From NCBI GenBank assembly GCA_052035175.1, contig JBPOHV010000001.1, positions 459,338-523,337 on the forward strand: a DNA stretch of 64,000 nt, read 5' to 3'. The DNA is from a candidate division WWE3 bacterium (lineage in GTDB: Bacteria > Patescibacteriota > WWE3 > UBA101185 > UBA10185). Below the pieces are notes generated by a model, which saw only the letters and a program-made list of their open reading frames with translations, was not told where the DNA came from and did no database searches. Position 1 is the stretch's first letter. Each line of letters opens with the position of its first letter. Positions 40,981-47,729 of this stretch are shown here, in pieces. Made by a program: the position numbers and the translations under genes.

Positions 40981-41841
40981 CTATTTCTTCTTTGACTTTC
41001 GCTCCTTTGCAATATCCTCGACAAAAAACTTGTTATACGTTTTAAAACTGCAGTTCAATATCTTGTATTGCTTAAGTCTGGTGGCAAAGTACAGATAAAA
41101 TGTAAACGCGGTAGCTAGAACTAAATCGATCCTATCAGGGTTTTTATCAAGCAATAATGACTCTTCCCCAGCGGTATCCTTTACCCAAAAATGCTGCAAA
41201 CCAGTAATGGGCAAATGGGTATATTCTGACAAATATCTATATACAAGTGTGTACATATGCTCCACACCACCGTTTTTAGTTTTCTGGCGTTTTTTTAATC
41301 TCTTGTCTACGCGTGATGCGCGATCGTATAGACTACCCCAAACCTTTCTAAACTCATCTTTGTTTTCATATGAAATATTTAGGGAGTCTTTGTACTTTTC
41401 AAGCTCTTTTAATGGGAGTTCTCTCATTTTATCCAGGATACTATCAGGAAACGTAGAAGGTCTTAGGTGGGGATATTTACTGTAGACACTTTGTAGCTCG
41501 TTCACTACGGTTACCTTATAGTAACTGCCCTCAATTACATAATGATATAGTGGATTATTGTTAGGTGACCCTAAAATGTAATGTGAGTTGATCCATGTTT
41601 CTGATATGCTCCTTAGTATTACGATGGCAGCATCCGGTCTACTCTGTTTACAAAGTTCAAATATAGCCTCTGTATAGGAGTTAATTGCGGCGAACGCCGA
41701 CAGTACATAATATTGTTTTGGCGATAGTTCGCTTTTAACAATTGTTTTTTTGACAAGTTCTTCTTTTGTGTAATTTATAAGCTCTGCTAGCGTATTTAAG
41801 ATTTTTTGATTTTCTTCACTTAATTTTGGCAACTCATTCAT
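40981..41841 (-). CDS. DUF5677-like / HEPN-related helical protein
   Basis: AIVILRSISE and YRYLSEYTH (Rx6H); TATAAT 6 nt before ATG 41841. Confidence 0.6.
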   Translation of the reverse strand: MNELPKLSEENQKILNTLAELINYTKEELVKKTIVKSELSPKQYYVLSAFAAINSYTEAIFELCKQSRPDAAIVILRSISETWINSHYILGSPNNNPLYHYVIEGSYYKVTVVNELQSVYSKYPHLRPSTFPDSILDKMRELPLKELEKYKDSLNISYENKDEFRKVWGSLYDRASRVDKRLKKRQKTKNGGVEHMYTLVYRYLSEYTHLPITGLQHFWVKDTAGEESLLLDKNPDRIDLVLATAFTFYLYFATRLKQYKILNCSFKTYNKFFVEDIAKERKSKKK

Positions 41842-41884
41842 ACAAGGATTATAGCTTTTATTACTATTGTTATATAATCGAAGC

Positions 41885-42006
41885 ATAACTTAGCCGGTCA
41901 CTATGTTTTGAACGACACTAAATGTGTCTTGAACCCAAGAAGGGGCTACCTTTTTATTGGGTTCAAGGCTGACCGGCTAAGGACTACGAAAGGTAGTCCC
42001 TTTTTT
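41885..42006 (+). ncRNA. Structured leader RNA (multibranch stem plus terminator-like hairpin)
   Basis: TATAAT 41873-41878; 12-bp stem 41889-41900/41970-41981; inner hairpins; GGACTAC/GTAGTCC hairpin + T6. Confidence 0.65.
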
Positions 42007-42034
42007 ATGGTATTAATTATGGGTAATTTCTAAT

Positions 42035-42373
42035 ATGTATATACTTTTGATTATATTTACAGTCTACTTAGCCAAGAAGTATTTTGAACTAAGGGAAGGC
42101 TATGCAGATCTATTTAAGGCAGATGGATTTATGACTGCGCGGCTCACAGAAGAGGTTGGTATCCGGCGTGTGGTTGAAATGTCCTGTGACTATATATGCA
42201 CCTTATCCGGTGCAGAAAAAGAACGAGCTGTACGGAACTTGAACCAGAGATTTGGTATTGCGATTAAGCTTAACTCAGATGGGAGCGTTACACGGGAGAC
42301 TGTAAACAAAATAGCGGAAATTTTTAGTGCAAGAAATCCAAGATTACCTATAGACAATGCTACTGAAAATTAA
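42035..42373 (+). CDS. Small hypothetical protein with N-terminal hydrophobic segment
   Basis: 112-aa ORF directly downstream of the structured leader. Confidence 0.55.
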   Translation: MYILLIIFTVYLAKKYFELREGYADLFKADGFMTARLTEEVGIRRVVEMSCDYICTLSGAEKERAVRNLNQRFGIAIKLNSDGSVTRETVNKIAEIFSARNPRLPIDNATEN

Positions 42374-42465
42374 GATAGGAGGGGGGTACCTTTGCAGTTG
42401 TCCTGTTTGTAAATAGTTATGGCAAACAGACCTTGTACAATTTTGTATCAAATTTTTTGATATTA

Positions 42466-42804
42466 CTACTCCCGGCTGTATTTATACAGATCAATTATTT
42501 CCTGAGGTACCTCTTCATATTTTGAGTAAAGAGCCTCAATTTTAGTTTGTATAACTGCCTGTTCTTTGAACAAGTTAGCTACGGCAGCATAGTCTTTTTC
42601 TAACAAAGCTTTGTTTTCTTCGCGGCATAAGTTGTACATTTGGTTGAAGTCAGAGCCCATAGTACCCATATCAGTACCTATTTCGTAAAGTTTATCGTTT
42701 TGCGTTTGTAGCTCTCTTATAAGTTTTTCTTTTTGAAACGCATTTATACCAAGACCAACAACTAACATTGTGAAAAGTATTGTGACCGCTTTACTCTTAC
42801 TCAT
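42466..42804 (-). CDS. Small membrane-anchored coiled-coil protein
   Basis: From ATG 42804: TM (AVTILFTMLVVGLGI) then helical body; TACGAT 7 nt upstream. Confidence 0.55.
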   Translation of the reverse strand: MSKSKAVTILFTMLVVGLGINAFQKEKLIRELQTQNDKLYEIGTDMGTMGSDFNQMYNLCREENKALLEKDYAAVANLFKEQAVIQTKIEALYSKYEEVPQEIIDLYKYSRE

Positions 42805-42889
42805 GTTTCTGATCGTAGCACTTCCCCCACCCGGAAACAATAAATTAGCTATACCTCGTCTATAAAACAAATAGTGGTAAAATGACCTC

Positions 42890-43927
42890 ATGAACATATT
42901 TTTGGCGCCTCGTTCAAACGAAACATCATATAAAAACTTTTTGAGCACTATTGAAAGTGGTGTTGACTACTCAATAATTGAACCTCATCTAGACGAACAA
43001 GGAAAACAACTATTGGCCTCCGAAGATAAAATCTTTGCATGGGGTACTAAAGACTCTAAAAAAAGTTCATGGGAGAAGCTATTACCAGGTGATGTAGTGT
43101 TATTTTACAAGGGGAGAGAAGGCGAAGAACGCGAAGGCAAGCTTGTTTATGCAGGCAGATTACTATACAAACAAAACAGTAAGGCGTTGGGCACCTCTTT
43201 ATGGCCACCTAAAACCGGAGAAGAGCCTTGGACATGTATTTTCTTTTTAAACGATCTTAAACCAGTTTATATACCAATAACCGACATAGCGGATTTTGCA
43301 GGTTACAGTAGAAATCTTATTGTTCAAGGTTTTATGCCTATTAATGAGGATGGTGTAAATGCTATTTTGGCAAAGTTTGGAGATGTTGATAAATTTATTA
43401 AACATTACTCAGCGGATGCCCCAGTAAGTGCGAACGATTTGGAAGAAGAAGAAAACCACATTAGTGCTCATTCTGAAGCACAACTTCTATTACTGAAAAT
43501 AGGTACATTACTTGGGTTTGATACTTTTTGTCCTGATAAAGGTGCGGAGGCATACGGGGAAAAGTTAATCGACTATATTTCTTTACGAGAAGTCCCTAAG
43601 AGGTTTCTTGGTGAGGATATTTTAAAACTAGTCACTCAAATAGATGTAATTTGGTTTAAAGACGAGGTTCCAGTCGCAGCATTTGAAGTAGAACACAGCA
43701 CAAAGATTTTAAGTGGCATGCAGCGGCTGTGCCAGCTTAGTCCACTATCGACTAGGCTATACATAGTAGCCTCGACTAAGGATTATCATTTGTACGAAAA
43801 ATTTATTAATACAGACCCATATTATAAAAATAAAGGCTCTTTTAGATTTAGAAGCTACAAACAACTAGAAAGCTATTTTAAGTCAGTATCTGAGTTCACG
43901 GCCATACGTGACGTATTTATGGAGTAA
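42890..43927 (+). CDS. EVE/PUA-like domain fused to a PD-(D/E)xK-type nuclease; candidate modification-dependent restriction enzyme
   Basis: N-terminal AWG...WEKLLPGDVVLFY...LWP...W..IFFL; C-terminal IDVIWF...AAFEVEHST. Confidence 0.65.
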   Translation: MNIFLAPRSNETSYKNFLSTIESGVDYSIIEPHLDEQGKQLLASEDKIFAWGTKDSKKSSWEKLLPGDVVLFYKGREGEEREGKLVYAGRLLYKQNSKALGTSLWPPKTGEEPWTCIFFLNDLKPVYIPITDIADFAGYSRNLIVQGFMPINEDGVNAILAKFGDVDKFIKHYSADAPVSANDLEEEENHISAHSEAQLLLLKIGTLLGFDTFCPDKGAEAYGEKLIDYISLREVPKRFLGEDILKLVTQIDVIWFKDEVPVAAFEVEHSTKILSGMQRLCQLSPLSTRLYIVASTKDYHLYEKFINTDPYYKNKGSFRFRSYKQLESYFKSVSEFTAIRDVFME

Positions 43928-43947
43928 ATTACATTGGATATGAACAT

Positions 43948-45408
43948 ATGTCTAAAGTAGGTAGAAATGACAAATGTCGATGTGGTTCTGGGAAGAAATA
44001 TAAATACTGTTGCGGCATTGATGGTGCACCAAAACTCCCAACAAATGTTAATAGACCCATAAGAGATAGAAATTTGATGATGATGCATGCAGTTGATGAT
44101 ATTTTCAAGTTTGATAAAAAAACTACATGGGATGATTTTCGAAAAAATATCAATGATGAACAAGTAAGAGAGTTTTATAGTTTTATGGATTGGCTGTGGC
44201 CGCTTGAAACTAATGTGGAAGCACTCTTACCTAAACCGTCAGATAAGCTTCGCGGCTTATACATTGGTGATATTAAGCCAGACAAAATTAGTACAAATAT
44301 ACTGCGCTACAGTTTATACACTGATGAAATTGTTGTTGTTAATCCATTTCCACATCCAAGAGCAATGTCCCCAGATTACAATCCGATTTTAAACCCCGGT
44401 CAATATAAACAAGATACATTGCAGATGATTTTTTTTGTAATGTCCTTATACAATTGGGTAGGTAAAGGTATTGTTCATTTAGTCCCTAACCCTATGGATT
44501 TCAATTATAAATTGCGTGATTCGTTCTTTTCTTCTGCTGAAGCACGGTGGAAAGATATCACTCCCGAAGATATGGAAAGCATATTAAGTGAAGAGGAAAA
44601 AAAGGAACTTGAAGAAGAAGGTAAGGATATGATTTTGAACACAATATCTCGTATGCCAGTAGATGCCCAAAAGGAGTTTATAAAACGACATCTACCTTCG
44701 ATTTCAGATACTGAAATGAACGCTCAAATCGACTTTATAAAGAGACAACGTAAAGCTAATGTATTATGGTTAGATCAAGATATGCCGGCAAACACGCCAG
44801 AACTTAAGGCTATGAGGTTAGGTGGCAATTTAGAACTAGGTTTGTATCTTAGTCAGTTAACAGGGTCCTATATGTATACAAATCGTAAATCCCAATGGAA
44901 CGAAATCTTATCGGTGCAGGTCAATAGCAATGATGAACAAGATATTTGGTCACCACTTACCAATGCGTTTCAATCGCTAGATTTCCAGTTTTTAGACAAT
45001 GTAAATTATGCTTTTATAGATAGATTGCAGGAAGAACAACGGCTTGAAAGTTTTAGAAACTACTTGCGTCGTGTGTGGGAAAGCATTAATAGTCCCACTC
45101 AAGCGTCAGAGGGTACTGTGCGCGAGTTTAAGGATGAACTTAAAGAGCAATACGCTATTGCAAAAGAGGATTGGAAGAAAATAGACATTACATTGAGAGA
45201 TTGGTTACTGAAAAAAAGCATACTCAACTCTGGCGCTGTTGCAGGAGCAAGTCAAATTCTTACAGGAAACATTAATTTGATAGCTCCAATGCTTGGGTTC
45301 TGCCTAGATGGTGTTAACCAGCTGCTTCAAGCAAATGATAAAAGAAAAGAGTTTAAGACAAAAGTACCCTTATCTGTATTTATTGATTTGGAAAATCATA
45401 GGCCATAA
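43948..45408 (+). CDS. SEC-C zinc-binding motif protein
   Basis: KVGRNDKCRCGSGKKYKYCC at the N-terminus; remainder unrecognised. Confidence 0.8.
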   Translation: MSKVGRNDKCRCGSGKKYKYCCGIDGAPKLPTNVNRPIRDRNLMMMHAVDDIFKFDKKTTWDDFRKNINDEQVREFYSFMDWLWPLETNVEALLPKPSDKLRGLYIGDIKPDKISTNILRYSLYTDEIVVVNPFPHPRAMSPDYNPILNPGQYKQDTLQMIFFVMSLYNWVGKGIVHLVPNPMDFNYKLRDSFFSSAEARWKDITPEDMESILSEEEKKELEEEGKDMILNTISRMPVDAQKEFIKRHLPSISDTEMNAQIDFIKRQRKANVLWLDQDMPANTPELKAMRLGGNLELGLYLSQLTGSYMYTNRKSQWNEILSVQVNSNDEQDIWSPLTNAFQSLDFQFLDNVNYAFIDRLQEEQRLESFRNYLRRVWESINSPTQASEGTVREFKDELKEQYAIAKEDWKKIDITLRDWLLKKSILNSGAVAGASQILTGNINLIAPMLGFCLDGVNQLLQANDKRKEFKTKVPLSVFIDLENHRP

Positions 45409-45418
45409 ACACTTGATT

Positions 45419-45802
45419 ATGCCCAAGATACTTCGCACACCCAAAAACAAGTATGGCTTAAGTATAAAGCAGCGTATGGTGATAGAGGATATAGTATCTG
45501 ATATCAAACATAACAGACCGTTTAACCCCGTAACATCACATAAAAAATACTACAATGCCAAAAATAAGTTGAGTTTATCAGTTATAACTCATGAAAACTT
45601 AAATAGACCTAACTTTAAAGCAGCTCTTTTTGAGGCTTTGGAGTATGAAGGTGTATTAGGAGTATCGGGAAATGCACCACATGTTCTCATTTCGGGTTTA
45701 AACGCTTATCAAATTATAAATGGCGAAAAAGTACCGGACTATAAAACACGGCTAAAATATATCCAAGAAATAAATAAAATAACCGGTGTTTATCCAAAAT
45801 AA
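45419..45802 (+). CDS. Terminase small subunit-like HTH protein
   Basis: LSIKQ...N.V....Y...S....ENLNRPN pattern resembling the TerS N-terminal HTH; C-terminal PDYKTRLKY. Confidence 0.5.
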   Translation: MPKILRTPKNKYGLSIKQRMVIEDIVSDIKHNRPFNPVTSHKKYYNAKNKLSLSVITHENLNRPNFKAALFEALEYEGVLGVSGNAPHVLISGLNAYQIINGEKVPDYKTRLKYIQEINKITGVYPK

Positions 45803-45804
45803 GC

Positions 45805-45903
45805 TATAATTACCTTGTGCTCATCTATATGTTTGTAAGCAGAAATGACCGTCTTAGTCATCTATAAAAATATGGATGAGCACACTAGGGCGGTCTTTTT
45901 TGT
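45805..45903 (+). promoter_or_regulatory. Promoter plus structured leader RNA of the recombinase
   Basis: TATAAT 45805-45810; 15-bp stem 45816-45830/45870-45884; alternative pairing 45847-45858 with 45884-45895; T6 just before the ATG. Confidence 0.65.
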
Positions 45904-47616
45904 ATGAAAAACACACTTGAAGGTAAAAACGCAGTAATAATAGCTAGAGCATCAACCACAAAACAATTTGATGCTGGAGATACTCTGGATCACCAAATAA
46001 ATCAATGTGAAATATATATTAAGAAAATGGGTATGCACCTAATTAAAGCGTTTACGTTAGTTGAGTCAGGTAGAAATGAGGAAAGGGAGTTTTTCACGGG
46101 TATATTAAACTACTGTTTAAATCCTAAAAACAGGGTTCAAGCAGTTGTTTTTAAAGACATATCCAGATTTACCAGGCAAGGAAGCAATACCTATACAAAT
46201 CTGAAGCAACAGTTATCTCGTGCCAATATACGGTTAGTAGATACTATGGGGATAATACAAGAAGAAGAAAACATTCTCGCTCACTTAAATGTTGTTTTTG
46301 ATTGGAGTCTTCGTTCACCGTCCGAAAGAACGGAGATAATGGAAGCTGAGGAAGCTCGTAATGAAGTAAAAAATATATTAAGCAGGACTATTGGCGCGGA
46401 AATCCAATATGTACAAGATCCCGCTAGCTACTCTGTTCGTCAACCTGAGTTTGGCTATAAGAACATTAAAACAGACGTTGATGGGAAAAAACGAACTATT
46501 AGAGCACCTGATGAAGCAGAAGCTCATTGGGTAAGGGAAATGTTTAGATTACGAGCAGAAGGTATATTAAGTGATGAAGAAATTGCACAAGACCTAAATA
46601 ATAGGGGTTTTGTTACGAGGACATTTAATAGAAGGGATAAGGAAACTAAAAAGATTGTAGGTAAGTCCGGTGGCAAGAAGTTAACTGCGAAAACCTTGAA
46701 AAAGTACATTCACAAAACAGTTTATGCCGGAGTTGTACAGGAAACTTGGGGAGGAACAACACTTTTAACTGTAAAATCAAATTTGTGGGAGGGACTAGTT
46801 ACAATCGAGACATTTAATAAAGCTAACAAAGGAAAGGTTTACATTGAAGTTCGGGATGATAGAACAGCGCATATCATGTACAACGTTAAAGATAAAAGGC
46901 GCACTCGTAGTAAAAATAACGCTTTGTTTCCATATAAAAACTATGTTTTATGTCCTATATGTAAGCGCACTCTCATGGGTAGTGCTTCTACGGGGAAGCT
47001 AGGTGGGAAGTATCCCTACTATCATTGTGAACGCAACCACAAAAGATTTAGTGTTAAAACAAGCGATATGGACAAAACAATTGAAAACTTTGTCGCTAGC
47101 CTAAAGTTTAAGGAAAGCTTTGCCAACGATTTTAGACTTGTGGTCAGGGATTTGTATCAACAGGAAAAGAAAAGGCTTCTAGAAAACACCGTAGAGGCAT
47201 CAAACCTTTTAGTTGAGCTAAAATCGCAGCAGGATCTTCTAATGGATAACCTTGTCGTGACCAAGTCCGCTTTAGTACGAGCTGAGTTGGAGAAGAAGTA
47301 CGAAGAGCTTGAACTAGATATTGCGCTAGCCATAGATTCCAGAAATAAATCTGAAGCAAAAGAGCTAGATCTTTACTATTTCGAAAATCAACTTATAAAG
47401 CTAATGGAAAACCCGAGGAAATTGTTGTCACAAGGCGCTGAAACAGTTGGTATAGGTAATATGTTTAGTAGGTTCTTTAGTGAGCCTCCCACATACGAAG
47501 ATTTAGTTAAGGGAACCCCAAAATTAACGCCTATTTTCGAGTTATCTAGAAATCAAGAAGTATCAAAGGATTTAATGGTGACCCTACGGGGAATCGAACC
47601 CCGGTTATCAGGATGA
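45904..47616 (+). CDS. Large serine recombinase (resolvase + recombinase + zinc-ribbon + coiled coil)
   Basis: ARASTTKQ catalytic Ser, ESGR, DISRFTR, FGY, CPIC...YYHC; the last 14 codons plus the stop lie antisense to tRNA-Glu. Confidence 0.92.
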   Translation: MKNTLEGKNAVIIARASTTKQFDAGDTLDHQINQCEIYIKKMGMHLIKAFTLVESGRNEEREFFTGILNYCLNPKNRVQAVVFKDISRFTRQGSNTYTNLKQQLSRANIRLVDTMGIIQEEENILAHLNVVFDWSLRSPSERTEIMEAEEARNEVKNILSRTIGAEIQYVQDPASYSVRQPEFGYKNIKTDVDGKKRTIRAPDEAEAHWVREMFRLRAEGILSDEEIAQDLNNRGFVTRTFNRRDKETKKIVGKSGGKKLTAKTLKKYIHKTVYAGVVQETWGGTTLLTVKSNLWEGLVTIETFNKANKGKVYIEVRDDRTAHIMYNVKDKRRTRSKNNALFPYKNYVLCPICKRTLMGSASTGKLGGKYPYYHCERNHKRFSVKTSDMDKTIENFVASLKFKESFANDFRLVVRDLYQQEKKRLLENTVEASNLLVELKSQQDLLMDNLVVTKSALVRAELEKKYEELELDIALAIDSRNKSEAKELDLYYFENQLIKLMENPRKLLSQGAETVGIGNMFSRFFSEPPTYEDLVKGTPKLTPIFELSRNQEVSKDLMVTLRGIEPRLSG

Positions 47617-47650
47617 AAACCTGATGTCCTGACCATTAGACGATAGGGCC
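47576..47650 (-). tRNA. tRNA-Glu(UUC)
   Basis: GGCCCTATCGTCTAATGGTCAGGACATCAGGTTTTCATCCTGATAACCGGGGTTCGATTCCCCGTAGGGTCACCA. Confidence 0.96.
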
Positions 47651-47729
47651 TTATACTAGATATATATCAGAAACGTCACTATTTTAGCAAAGAATACCCC
47701 TAAGTATCAATGATTAAGTAATCTAGTGC

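Larger units (their letters stand above)
40810..47584. mobile_element. ~6.8-kb integrative element at the 3' end of tRNA-Glu, encoding a large serine recombinase
   Basis: Direct repeat TGGTGACCC at 40810-40818 and 47576-47584 (antisense of the tRNA 3' end); the recombinase runs into the tRNA. Confidence 0.8.

Noticed and set aside
41564-41573. GGTGACCCTA, a 10-bp match to the tRNA-Glu 3' end, as an alternative att site
   Set aside because: It lies inside the intact 40981..41841 ORF, and recombining here would change the tRNA CCA to CCT. The 40810 site is intergenic, preserves CCA and gives a long in-frame tail. Not fully excluded without an empty-site genome.
40810-47584. Calling the element a prophage or ICE
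   Set aside because: No capsid, portal, large terminase, tail, relaxase or T4SS genes are recognisable.
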